NCBI GenBank assembly: GCA_902602135.1
Contig: CACKQA010000001.1
Span: 1 to 56,748, forward strand
Length of the DNA stretch: 56,748 nt
Source: an uncultured Alphaproteobacteria bacterium
GTDB lineage: Bacteria > Pseudomonadota > Alphaproteobacteria > HIMB59 > GCA-002718135
Reading direction: 5' to 3'
Shown: one piece after another, positions 18,243 to 27,484 of the stretch
Layout of the letters: each line of letters opens with the position of its first letter
Position numbering within the stretch: the stretch's first letter is position 1
The notes under the pieces: generated by a model
What the model was told of the DNA's origin: nothing
Seen by the model: the letters and a program-made list of their open reading frames with translations, nothing else
The model's database searches: none
Program-made: the position numbers and the translations under genes

Positions 18243-18775
18243 ATCAAAATAAAATATCTCTAGCAAAAAAGACTTTACAATATTTAGAGAAAAAAAAATT
18301 AAGAGATATTAATCTTAAAAATTTTTTATCTAATACTAAAGTGCCAAATATGAATAATAAAATTGATTTAATATTAAATATTAATGACTTCTTTGATTTT
18401 GAATTAAAAAAAAATCTTGTTAATATAGAAAAGTCATCACAGAGAGATATGTTATTTGAAATTATGATGGCACGTTATGATATATTGAATGAATATAGAA
18501 CCTCTGTAAAAAATATAATTAATTATTTTATGTCTAGACCACAAAGAGTATTGAAACTTATTCCTAAATTAATTGAGAGCAAGATTTTAATTGCTACCTT
18601 TGCAAATATTAATCCTAGGGGTATTCAGGGTGTTATAAAAATAAAAATTATTTTTGCTCTTTATTATATAACCCTATTTACTTGGTTTAATGATGAAAAT
18701 GAAAGTTTAGAAAAAACAATGAGTGCCTTAGATAAATATTTAAACAATATTGAAAAAATTATAAAATTTTCATGA
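18239..18775 (+). CDS. COQ9-like / 'rpsU-divergently transcribed' family protein (putative ubiquinone-related)
   Basis: 178 aa helical protein with a GTG start overlapping the proC stop (GTGA). The resemblance is weak and from memory. Confidence 0.35.
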   Translation: MNQNKISLAKKTLQYLEKKKLRDINLKNFLSNTKVPNMNNKIDLILNINDFFDFELKKNLVNIEKSSQRDMLFEIMMARYDILNEYRTSVKNIINYFMSRPQRVLKLIPKLIESKILIATFANINPRGIQGVIKIKIIFALYYITLFTWFNDENESLEKTMSALDKYLNNIEKIIKFS

Positions 18776-19119
18776 GCTCTCACAATTTTATAAATTATAA
18801 AGAATTTGAAAATATAGATATAAGAATAGGAACAGTAATTGAAGCATACGAATATAATGAACTTAAAAAACCATCTATAATTTTAAAAATAGATTTTGGT
18901 GAAAAAGTTGGTATAAAAAAAACTTCTGCACAATTACAAAAATATTATAAAACTGATCAATTAATTAATAAGCAAGTTATAGCTGTTGTAAATTTTGAAC
19001 CTAAACAAATTGGTAAAATTATTTCAGAAGTATTAGTTCTTGGTGTGCCAGATTTAGAAAATGAACCAGTTTTATTGTCTCCAGATAAACCGGTAAATAA
19101 TGGAGGTAAATTATTTTAA
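18772..19119 (+). CDS. csaA: tRNA-binding (EMAP/CsaA-type) domain protein
   Basis: 115 aa with IDIRIGTV...KIDFGE...QVIAVVNFEPKQIG, an OB-fold pattern. Confidence 0.65.
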   Translation: MSSHNFINYKEFENIDIRIGTVIEAYEYNELKKPSIILKIDFGEKVGIKKTSAQLQKYYKTDQLINKQVIAVVNFEPKQIGKIISEVLVLGVPDLENEPVLLSPDKPVNNGGKLF

Positions 19120-19121
19120 AA

Positions 19122-20414
19122 TTAAAGAGGAAGTAAAACTTTAAGTTGAAGACCTCCTAGATTTGAGTCAGATAATTTAATATCACCTCCATGTGATCTA
19201 ATAATATCCCTAGTAATAGTTAATCCTAAACCACTTTCTCCCTTAAGTTTGTTCCTGGAAGGATCTAAAGTAAAAAATGGTTTAAACACATCTTCATATT
19301 TATCTCTTGGTATACCCTCACCATTATCGTTAAATTCAATGACACAATCTTTTTCATTTGTATAAAGAATTATTTCAATTTTTTTTGCATATCTTCTTGA
19401 ATTATCAATTATGTTATTGAACGCTCTTTTAAGTTGGATCTGTCTACCAGAAGTTTGAATAGTGTTTTTCTCTATTATAGTTAACTGAACACCATTTTTT
19501 TCAACGGTTTTTACAATATCAGAAACTAATTCATTTATTATAATTGTTTCTATTGGTTCAGGTGATTCTGTTTTTACAAAACTAACATAACTATCTAACA
19601 TTGAAGTCATTTCATTAACATCTGCTTCTAGTTCAGATTTAGCTTTTTCATCTTTCATCAATGAAATTTGCAATTTCATTCTTGTTAAAGGAGTTCTAAG
19701 ATCATGGCTAACACCAGCTAGCATTTCTGTTCTTTGCTTTAAAAATCTTTTAATTCTTGTCCTCATCTGATTGAAAGCATTTGCCGTTTGCCTTATTTCA
19801 TATGCACCTGCAGTCTTAATATCTGGCGCATCTAGACCTCTACCAAATGTTTCAGCGATTATGGCTAGTCTTTTGAGAGGTTTTAATTGCCTGCTCATTA
19901 AAAAATAAGACATAAAAAAAAGAATTATTGATGCAAAAATCATCCACAGAAGAAATACGAATGCAGTTTCACTATATAGTCTATCTTTATCTACATTAAT
20001 TTCTAAAATATCTTCATCAATTTGAATATAAATCAAGACACCTTCTTCAAGATTAGATAAATCGAAATCAAATTTTTTTTTCAAATTACTAAGAGATTGT
20101 TTCAATCTATTAGATAAAATTCCTGAATTTAGATTAAATTTTGAAGTTAATAATTGCTCATCATTAACAATATTAATTTCCATTTTAAAATCCTGATTTG
20201 CTATATTAATTGCATTATTAGCAAGATCACTATCAATTAACTTAACCAAAACATTAATGTCCGCAGCTACAGATTCAGTTAATCTTTTAGAAATAATACT
20301 CCATGAGGTTTGATAAAACACAATTGAAGTTAGTAAAACGATAATAATTATAGGAACAAATATTATAATTATTGATCTTCCAATTAGTGTAGAAGGTATA
20401 ATTTTTCTAATCAT
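19122..20414 (-). CDS. Sensor histidine kinase (EnvZ-like: 2 TM, HAMP, HisKA, HATPase)
   Basis: H-box SHDLRTPLT, N box NNIIDNSRRY and G boxes DNGEGIP / GLGLTI. Confidence 0.9.
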   Translation of the reverse strand: MIRKIIPSTLIGRSIIIIFVPIIIIVLLTSIVFYQTSWSIISKRLTESVAADINVLVKLIDSDLANNAINIANQDFKMEINIVNDEQLLTSKFNLNSGILSNRLKQSLSNLKKKFDFDLSNLEEGVLIYIQIDEDILEINVDKDRLYSETAFVFLLWMIFASIILFFMSYFLMSRQLKPLKRLAIIAETFGRGLDAPDIKTAGAYEIRQTANAFNQMRTRIKRFLKQRTEMLAGVSHDLRTPLTRMKLQISLMKDEKAKSELEADVNEMTSMLDSYVSFVKTESPEPIETIIINELVSDIVKTVEKNGVQLTIIEKNTIQTSGRQIQLKRAFNNIIDNSRRYAKKIEIILYTNEKDCVIEFNDNGEGIPRDKYEDVFKPFFTLDPSRNKLKGESGLGLTITRDIIRSHGGDIKLSDSNLGGLQLKVLLPL

Positions 20415-21094
20415 TAAATTTCATAGCAAATTAATTTATAACCTTTTCCTCTTATAGTCTTAATAAATTGAGGTTGTTTTGCATTTATTTCTATTTTTTG
20501 TCTTAAACGCGTAACTTGTACATCTACTTTTCTAAGTTCAGTCTCATCAAATTCTTGGTCTGCTAGCTCTTCTCTTAAAACAATATCATTTCTTTTATTT
20601 ATTAATTTAACAAGCAGATTATTCTCCCCTTCAGTTAAATAAATTAATTTATCATTTTTTTGTAATTTAAAATTAGATGTGTCAAAAATAAATTCTCCAA
20701 AGGAAATCTTAATTTTTTTATTTTTTAGATTTTCAAATAAATTTAATAATTTTTTAATCCTTAAAAATAATTCTTCTGGTTCAAATGGTTTTGATAGATA
20801 ATCATCAGCACCAACTTTTAATCCATCTATTTTATCTTTATCCTCACCCATAGCTGTAAGCAATATTACTGGTGTAGTTGAAAATTGTTTTATATGCTCA
20901 ATAAGTTCTATTCCATCACCACTTGGCATCATTCTATCAAGAATAATTAAATCAAATAAAAAAAGAGATAAGATTTCTTTTGCTTCATTGTAATCTTCAC
21001 TTTGATAAATCTTTAAATTTTTTTCTGTTAAATAATCTTTAAGTAGCTCTCTTAATCTTTTATCATCATCAACAATTAAGATATTTTTATCCAT
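20414..21094 (-). CDS. OmpR/PhoB-family response regulator (PetR-like)
   Basis: Receiver domain (DLIILDRMMP, KP motif) plus a winged-helix C-terminus (IKTIRGKGY). Confidence 0.9.
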   Translation of the reverse strand: MDKNILIVDDDKRLRELLKDYLTEKNLKIYQSEDYNEAKEILSLFLFDLIILDRMMPSGDGIELIEHIKQFSTTPVILLTAMGEDKDKIDGLKVGADDYLSKPFEPEELFLRIKKLLNLFENLKNKKIKISFGEFIFDTSNFKLQKNDKLIYLTEGENNLLVKLINKRNDIVLREELADQEFDETELRKVDVQVTRLRQKIEINAKQPQFIKTIRGKGYKLICYEI

Positions 21095-21578
21095 TATTAT
21101 TTATTTCATCAAACTTTACTTTATTTTTATCATCGACCATATGATATAAGATTTTCTTAAAGCCATTTATATCTATCTCATTAAACTTTAATAAAACATT
21201 TCGTATTTTTTTTATCTGAATTTCCGAAAGTCTTTTTTCAAGTTCTTGCCCTTTTTTTGAAAGAATTAATTTTTTTGTACGTTTATCCTCTCCAACAGAT
21301 AATATAATATATTTCTCATTCACAAGTTGGTTCAGTACCCTAGACAAACTTTGTTTTGTAATTTTCAATATGGAAAGAAGTTCCTTAATTGTAAGATTTT
21401 TTTGCTTTCCAACAAAATATATGACTCTATGATGTGCCCTGCCAAAATTTATTTTTTCCAAAATTTTATCGGGACCTTCAGTAAAATCCCTATATGAAAA
21501 AAATAATAGCTCTATAATCTTTCTAATTTCTCCCTCATTCAAAAAAAGAGGTGTTAACAACTTATTTAGGTCAGCCAT
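21087..21578 (-). CDS. MarR-family transcriptional regulator (PetP-like)
   Basis: 163 aa with a wHTH core (LTIKELLSILKITKQSLSRVLNQLV). It overlaps the response-regulator start by 8 nt. Confidence 0.7.
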   Translation of the reverse strand: MADLNKLLTPLFLNEGEIRKIIELLFFSYRDFTEGPDKILEKINFGRAHHRVIYFVGKQKNLTIKELLSILKITKQSLSRVLNQLVNEKYIILSVGEDKRTKKLILSKKGQELEKRLSEIQIKKIRNVLLKFNEIDINGFKKILYHMVDDKNKVKFDEINNNG

Positions 21579-21610
21579 ATTGACTTAATTATGCATCACT
21601 GATAGTCAAT
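21579..21610. promoter_or_regulatory. Inverted repeat ATTGACT-N18-AGTCAAT abutting the MarR start codon
   Basis: 7-bp perfect arms in the MarR / ilvE divergent spacer. It is a candidate autoregulatory operator. Confidence 0.25.
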
Positions 21611-21635
21611 TGTCATTAAAAAATTAATCTAAAAT

Positions 21636-22520
21636 ATGCTTAAGTCATTTGAAAATAGAGATGGATGGATTTGGATGAATGGTAAGATAATACCATGGCA
21701 GGATGCAAATTCCCATATTATCTCTCAGGGTCTTCATTACGCAAGTGCAGTATTTGAAGGGGAAAGAGCGTATAATGGAAAGATTTTTAAATCAGAGGAG
21801 CATACTAAAAGGTTTTTTAAATCTGCTGAAATAATTGGAATGGAAATTCCTTTTACACATGATCAAATTAATAAAGCAAAATACGAACTTATTAATAAAA
21901 TGAATTATAAAAATTGTTATGTAAGACCACTTGCTTGGAGAGGTGGAGATCAAATGGGTTTATCAACAGGTAAATCTAATATCAATGTGGCTATTGCTGT
22001 TTGGGATGATTGGGCAACTTATTTTAAAATTGAAGATCAAAAAGCAGGATTGAGATTAATTACATCTCCTTGGAAAAGACCTGCACCAGATACTGCTCCG
22101 TATGAAGCAAAAGCTTCTGGGCCCTACATTATTTGTACTATGTCAAAAGAATTTGCAGAAAAAAAAGGCTATCACGATGCTTTGATGCTAGATTATAGAG
22201 GTTACGTTGCGGAAGGAACAGGAGCAAACATTTTTTTTATTAAAGATAACAATATCCATACTCCTATTCCAGATTGTTTTCTTAATGGGATTACGCGTCA
22301 AACAGTTATTGAAATGGCAACAAATCAAGGTTTTGAAATAACTGAAAAGCATTTAATGCCTGATGAAATTGGAAATTATGATGAAGCTTTTTTAACAGGA
22401 ACTGCTGCAGAAATTACTCCTATTAAATCTATTGATGATTTTAAATATAATACTGGCGATAATACTACTACTTTTAAATTTATGAATGATTTTAGCGATA
22501 TGGTTAGAAACGCTAGCTAG
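21636..22520 (+). CDS. ilvE: Branched-chain amino acid aminotransferase (class IV)
   Basis: 294 aa with class IV motifs (YASAVFEGERAY, EGTGANIFF, LTGTAAEITPI). Confidence 0.85.
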   Translation: MLKSFENRDGWIWMNGKIIPWQDANSHIISQGLHYASAVFEGERAYNGKIFKSEEHTKRFFKSAEIIGMEIPFTHDQINKAKYELINKMNYKNCYVRPLAWRGGDQMGLSTGKSNINVAIAVWDDWATYFKIEDQKAGLRLITSPWKRPAPDTAPYEAKASGPYIICTMSKEFAEKKGYHDALMLDYRGYVAEGTGANIFFIKDNNIHTPIPDCFLNGITRQTVIEMATNQGFEITEKHLMPDEIGNYDEAFLTGTAAEITPIKSIDDFKYNTGDNTTTFKFMNDFSDMVRNAS

Positions 22521-22929
22521 AATTCTCTAACCATTCATCATCTTTATAATAAAATTCATTTTTCCAGAACGGAGCGTCTTTTTTTAAATAATTCATAATA
22601 AACTCACAAGCTTCAAAACTATTTTTTCTATGCTGTGAAAAACAACAAACTAAAACAATTTTTTCATTAACAATTAATTTTCCATATCTATGAATTATCA
22701 AAGTATCAATTAAACTCCATTTTTTAGTCGCATTATTTTCAATTTTTGATAATTCTTTAAATGCCATTTCTTCATAAACTTCTAAATTTAAATGTTTAAC
22801 ATCTTTATTATTATTTAAATCTCTTACATAACCAACAAAAGAAGTAAGAGCTCCAATGTCAGAATGTTTATTTTTAATTTTCTCAATTTCTTCTTCTAAA
22901 TTAAAATTTTTTTTTTGAATTTTTATCAT
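22513..22929 (-). CDS. moaE: Molybdopterin synthase catalytic subunit
   Basis: 138 aa with FVGYVRD, HRYG and APFWKNE motifs. It sits directly after moaD. Confidence 0.85.
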   Translation of the reverse strand: MIKIQKKNFNLEEEIEKIKNKHSDIGALTSFVGYVRDLNNNKDVKHLNLEVYEEMAFKELSKIENNATKKWSLIDTLIIHRYGKLIVNEKIVLVCCFSQHRKNSFEACEFIMNYLKKDAPFWKNEFYYKDDEWLENSS

Positions 22930-23174
22930 TATCCCCCACTAACTGGTGGAAAGATTGCAATTTCATCAATTGGTTTTAAATTCAAGTTTTCTGAAACATA
23001 TTCTTGATTAACTGCAAATCTTAAAACATCTTGTAAAAAATGTTTTTTTAGCTCAGGATATAAATTTTCTAAATATTTTTTTAATTCTTGTATGGTTTTA
23101 GGATGATTTGTATCAATTATGTCGTCATCTTTATTTGTTATATCCTTAATCCAAGCAAAATATCGAATTCTCAT
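22929..23174 (-). CDS. moaD: Molybdopterin synthase sulfur-carrier subunit
   Basis: 81 aa ubiquitin-like protein ending in ..PPVSGG. Confidence 0.8.
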   Translation of the reverse strand: MRIRYFAWIKDITNKDDDIIDTNHPKTIQELKKYLENLYPELKKHFLQDVLRFAVNQEYVSENLNLKPIDEIAIFPPVSGG

Positions 23175-23175
23175 T

Positions 23176-23718
23176 TTAAAAATGTTTTATTGATCCTTTA
23201 ATATAATCATAGGCTGTATAGAGAGTTAGTATTCCAGCAATCCATAAAAAAGTCTTACCTAAATAAATAATAAATAAAAAATTTAGATTACTCTCGGATA
23301 ATATAAGTAAACCAAGTGCTGCTAGCTGAAGGAATGTTTTTGCTTTTGCAATTCTTGAAACCGGTATGCTAATTTTTATCCCCGCTAAGTATTCTCTTAA
23401 ACCTGATACTGTAATTTCTCTTAATAATATTATTAGAGCTGGAATAGTATCCCAGTCTCTTATTACACCCTTAGAAGTTAAAATTAGAATAACTGCCGCT
23501 ACTAATAATTTATCTGCAATTGGATCTAAAAATGTCCCAAAATTTGTTACTTCATTTCTTAGTCTTGCTAAATAACCATCAAAGTAATCAGTTATTCCAG
23601 CTAAACAAAATAATATAAAGGCAATCCAGCCAAAGTATGGATTCGTAAGATATATGCAAAGAACTATAATTGGAATTATAGCTATTCTAATTATTGTTAG
23701 AATATTTGATATATTCAT
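23176..23718 (-). CDS. pgsA: CDP-diacylglycerol--glycerol-3-phosphate 3-phosphatidyltransferase
   Basis: CDP-alcohol phosphatidyltransferase motif DYFDGYLAR...GTFLDPIADK, at 180 aa. Confidence 0.9.
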   Translation of the reverse strand: MNISNILTIIRIAIIPIIVLCIYLTNPYFGWIAFILFCLAGITDYFDGYLARLRNEVTNFGTFLDPIADKLLVAAVILILTSKGVIRDWDTIPALIILLREITVSGLREYLAGIKISIPVSRIAKAKTFLQLAALGLLILSESNLNFLFIIYLGKTFLWIAGILTLYTAYDYIKGSIKHF

Positions 23719-23745
23719 TTCTATTCTTTGTAGATGAAGAATTTT

Positions 23746-25578
23746 TTAAACGCTATGAAAATATTCATAAATTTTTGTTAGAATTGACTCAGGTATAGAT
23801 TTAACCTCTTTTAATTCATCTAAACTAGCTAATTTTAATTTTTCCACTGTACCAAAGTGTTTTTTTAAAATTTTCTTTCTTTCAGGACCTATTCCTTCTA
23901 TATCATCAAATACAGATTTGACGCTCATCTTTGCTCTTTTTGATCGATGAGTTGTTATTGCAAATCTATGAACCTCATCTCTTATATTTTGTAAAAAGTG
24001 CAGAAGTGGATTATTTTCATTTAATCTATGTGTAAATTTATCATGTATTAGAATTTCTCTACCTGCATCTCTTTCTTCACCTTTAGCCATAGAGATAATT
24101 GGTATGTCAATTTTTAAACTATCTAAAACTTTTTTTGCAGAATTATATTGTCCTTTTCCTCCATCTATAAGCAATAAACTTGGCAAATCTAACTCGTCTT
24201 GAAATTTTGCATTATTAAATCTTCTAGTAAGCATTTCTTTCATCATATAATAATCATCAACTTTATTTTTGTTTTCTTCAAGATCAAATCGAATATTAAA
24301 TTTTCTATAATTTGATTTTATAAATCCATTTTGATTATAGGCAATCATTACGCCTATAGGATGTTTTCCAAATGTATGGCTATTATCGTAAGCTTCTATT
24401 TTTATAATTTCATCTTTGAGTTTGAATATTTTTTTAATTTCTACATTAAAATTATCAAAAGATTTAAGTTTATTTAATTTAATATCTAAATTTATTTTAG
24501 AATTTTTTTCTGCAAATTTAAGTAAATTTTTTTTAGGTCCTTTTAATGGTTTAATGAATTTTGTTTTATCAAAATTTTTTCCTAAAATTTGTGAATTATT
24601 ATTTTTATGAATAGTTATGTTAGTAATAATTGTTTCAGGAATATCTTTTTCTGCATAAAATATATTCAAGAAACCTAACATTATTTCCTCATGATCCAAT
24701 AAGTTGTCATGATCTGGGTAGAAAGCTTTACCACCATAAGAAGTATTGTTTCTAAAAAAACTTCCATAAATACATGTTTTGCCTTCATTTGATGTTATTG
24801 CAAAAATGTCAGCATTTTTAATATCCTTTATCTTAATTGAATTATTTTGCTCAATATGTTTTAAAGCTTTAAGCCTATCTCTTAAAGATGCTGCTAATTC
24901 AAAATTATTTTTTTTTGAAGCTTTATACATTTGATCTGTAAAATTTTTTTGTATTTTTTGAGAATTACCACTACTTAAAAAATCATCTGCTGCCTCTATT
25001 AATTTTGAATAGGCTTCTTTTGTTATTTTGCCTCCACAGGGACCAGAACATCTTTTAAGATAATAATTAAAGCATAATTTATTTCCTGCATTAACCTCTT
25101 TATCTGTGCATGATCTTAAAAGGAATATACGTTGTATTGTATTAATAGTTCTATTTACTGCATCTGGACTTGCAAATGGTCCATAATATCTACCCTTTTT
25201 CTTTTGTGGACCTCGATGTTTTTCAATTCTAGGAAAATCATGTTCTGAAGAAATAAATATATAAGGGAATGATTTATCATCTCTTAAAAGAACATTAAAT
25301 CTTGGTTTATGTTTTTTAATTAAATTACATTCAAGGATGATTGCTTCTAATTCTGTATTTGTAACAAAAAAGTTCATTGATTTTGTTAGACTAACCATCC
25401 TTTGAATTCTTCTGGTTAGGTTATTTAGAGATAGATAATTCTTTACTCTATTTGATAATACTTTTGCTTTTCCAATATATAAAATATTACCTTTATCATC
25501 CTGCATTTGGTAAACACCAGGTTGGTTTGGTAAAGTTTTAGACGTAGCTTTAATAATTTCTTGTCCAAGAAGCGTCAT
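23746..25578 (-). CDS. uvrC: Excinuclease ABC subunit C
   Basis: GIY-YIG N-terminus (GVYQM..ILYIGKA), 610 aa, and a C-terminal HhH region. Confidence 0.95.
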   Translation of the reverse strand: MTLLGQEIIKATSKTLPNQPGVYQMQDDKGNILYIGKAKVLSNRVKNYLSLNNLTRRIQRMVSLTKSMNFFVTNTELEAIILECNLIKKHKPRFNVLLRDDKSFPYIFISSEHDFPRIEKHRGPQKKKGRYYGPFASPDAVNRTINTIQRIFLLRSCTDKEVNAGNKLCFNYYLKRCSGPCGGKITKEAYSKLIEAADDFLSSGNSQKIQKNFTDQMYKASKKNNFELAASLRDRLKALKHIEQNNSIKIKDIKNADIFAITSNEGKTCIYGSFFRNNTSYGGKAFYPDHDNLLDHEEIMLGFLNIFYAEKDIPETIITNITIHKNNNSQILGKNFDKTKFIKPLKGPKKNLLKFAEKNSKINLDIKLNKLKSFDNFNVEIKKIFKLKDEIIKIEAYDNSHTFGKHPIGVMIAYNQNGFIKSNYRKFNIRFDLEENKNKVDDYYMMKEMLTRRFNNAKFQDELDLPSLLLIDGGKGQYNSAKKVLDSLKIDIPIISMAKGEERDAGREILIHDKFTHRLNENNPLLHFLQNIRDEVHRFAITTHRSKRAKMSVKSVFDDIEGIGPERKKILKKHFGTVEKLKLASLDELKEVKSIPESILTKIYEYFHSV

Positions 25579-25711
25579 TTTATCAATCGTAAATATTTAA
25601 TTTCTCTTTAAATAGGAATTTTATAAAATTAATAAATAACTAACAAGATTATTGTAGTTCATTTAATAATTAATTTAATGTAGGTAAGAATAATATATTA
25701 AGGGTTTTATT

Positions 25712-27481
25712 ATGGCAAAAATGACAACAGAAGAGGCTTTCGTAAAAGTTTTACAGAAACACGGTATTCAACACGCTTTTGGAATAATCGGATCTGCCTT
25801 TATGCCTATATCTGATCTTTTTCCTAAAGCTGGAATAACATTTTGGGATGTTGCTCATGAGTCAAACGGCGGAATTATGGCCGATGGCTATACTAGATCA
25901 ACTGGTAAAATCGCAATGTGTATTGCGCAAAATGGACCTGGTATAACTGGCTTAGTTACACCTATAAAAACTGCTTTTTGGAATCACACTCCAATGCTCT
26001 TAGTTACTCCTCAAGCAGCTAATAAAACTATTGGTCAAGGAGGTTTCCAAGAAGTTGAGCAAATGAATTTATTTAAAGATATGGTATGTTATCAAGAAGA
26101 GGTTAGAGATCCATCTAGAGTTGCCGAAGTTTTAAATAGAGTTATTTCAAAAGCTATTAAAGGTTCTGCGCCTGCTCAATTGAATATACCGAGAGATTTT
26201 TGGACTCAAGTTGTTGATATTGATATTCCTTCTATTATTAAATTTGAAAGACCTTCTGGTGGAACAGAAGCAATTAAGGAGGCCGCAAATCTTTTATCTA
26301 ATGCAAAATTCCCAGTTATCTTATCTGGCGCTGGAGTGATTTTAGCTGACGCTATTGATGATTGTAAAAAACTTGCAGAAAAATTAAGTGCTCCAGTTGC
26401 TTGCGGATATCAACATAATGATAGTTTTCCAGGCAAACATCCTCTTGCGGTTGGTCCTTTAGGGTACAATGGATCTAAAGCAGCAATGGAAATAATTTCC
26501 AAGGCAGATGTAGTTCTTGCACTTGGCACAAGGTTAAATCCTTTCTCAACTTTACCTGGTTATGGAATAGATTACTGGCCAAAAAATGCAGATGTCATTC
26601 AAGTTGATATCAATTCTGATCGTATTGGTTTAACAAAAAAAATTAGTGTTGGTATTTGTGGAGATGCAAAACTGGTTGCAGAACAAATTTTAGAAAATCT
26701 TGGAACAAATGCAGGTGATCAAGATCGAAAAGAACGAGAGGAGTTAATTCATAAGACAAAGTCAGCTTGGCTTCAAACATTAACTGGCCTTGATCATGAA
26801 GAAGATGACCCTGGTACATCTTGGAATAAAGATTCACGAGATAGAGAACCAGAAAAAATGTCACCAAGAATGGCATGGCGAGCTATTCAAGCAGGTCTTC
26901 CTGAAGATGCAATTATATCAAGTGATATAGGAAATAACTGTGCTATTGGTAACGCTTACCCAACATTTGAGAATGGTAGAAAGTATTTGGCACCTGGTTT
27001 ATTTGGACCATGTGGCTATGGTTTTCCATCTGTAATTGGAGCAAAGATAGGTTGTCCTAATACACCAGTTGTTGGCTTTGCAGGTGACGGCGCATTTGGA
27101 ATTAGTATGAGTGAAATGACTTCTTGTAACAGAGAAGGTTGGCCAAATATTACAATGATAATTTTTAGAAATTATCAATGGGGAGCAGAGAAAAGAAATA
27201 CTACACTTTGGTATAATAATAATTTTGTTGGAACTGAACTTGATCCTAAACTAAGCTATGCAAAAATTGCAGAAGCTTGTGGATTTAAAGGTGTTAAAGT
27301 TCATACTCAAGAAGAATTGACAGAAGTTTTAAAACAATCATGCAAAGATCAAATGGAAGGTATAACTACTTTTATAGAAGTAATGTTAAATCAAGAGTTA
27401 GGGGAACCTTTTAGAAGAGATGCTATGAAAGCACCAGTTGAAGTTGCTGGAATTGACCCTAAAGATACAGTAGTTCAATAA
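25712..27481 (+). CDS. xsc: Sulfoacetaldehyde acetyltransferase (ThDP-dependent)
   Basis: The N-terminus MAKMTTEEAFVKVLQKHGIQHAFGIIGSAFMPISDLFPKAG closely matches the characteristic Xsc N-terminus as I recall it. It is 589 aa and has the ThDP motif GDGAFG. Confidence 0.85.
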   Translation: MAKMTTEEAFVKVLQKHGIQHAFGIIGSAFMPISDLFPKAGITFWDVAHESNGGIMADGYTRSTGKIAMCIAQNGPGITGLVTPIKTAFWNHTPMLLVTPQAANKTIGQGGFQEVEQMNLFKDMVCYQEEVRDPSRVAEVLNRVISKAIKGSAPAQLNIPRDFWTQVVDIDIPSIIKFERPSGGTEAIKEAANLLSNAKFPVILSGAGVILADAIDDCKKLAEKLSAPVACGYQHNDSFPGKHPLAVGPLGYNGSKAAMEIISKADVVLALGTRLNPFSTLPGYGIDYWPKNADVIQVDINSDRIGLTKKISVGICGDAKLVAEQILENLGTNAGDQDRKEREELIHKTKSAWLQTLTGLDHEEDDPGTSWNKDSRDREPEKMSPRMAWRAIQAGLPEDAIISSDIGNNCAIGNAYPTFENGRKYLAPGLFGPCGYGFPSVIGAKIGCPNTPVVGFAGDGAFGISMSEMTSCNREGWPNITMIIFRNYQWGAEKRNTTLWYNNNFVGTELDPKLSYAKIAEACGFKGVKVHTQEELTEVLKQSCKDQMEGITTFIEVMLNQELGEPFRRDAMKAPVEVAGIDPKDTVVQ

Positions 27482-27484
27482 TCA

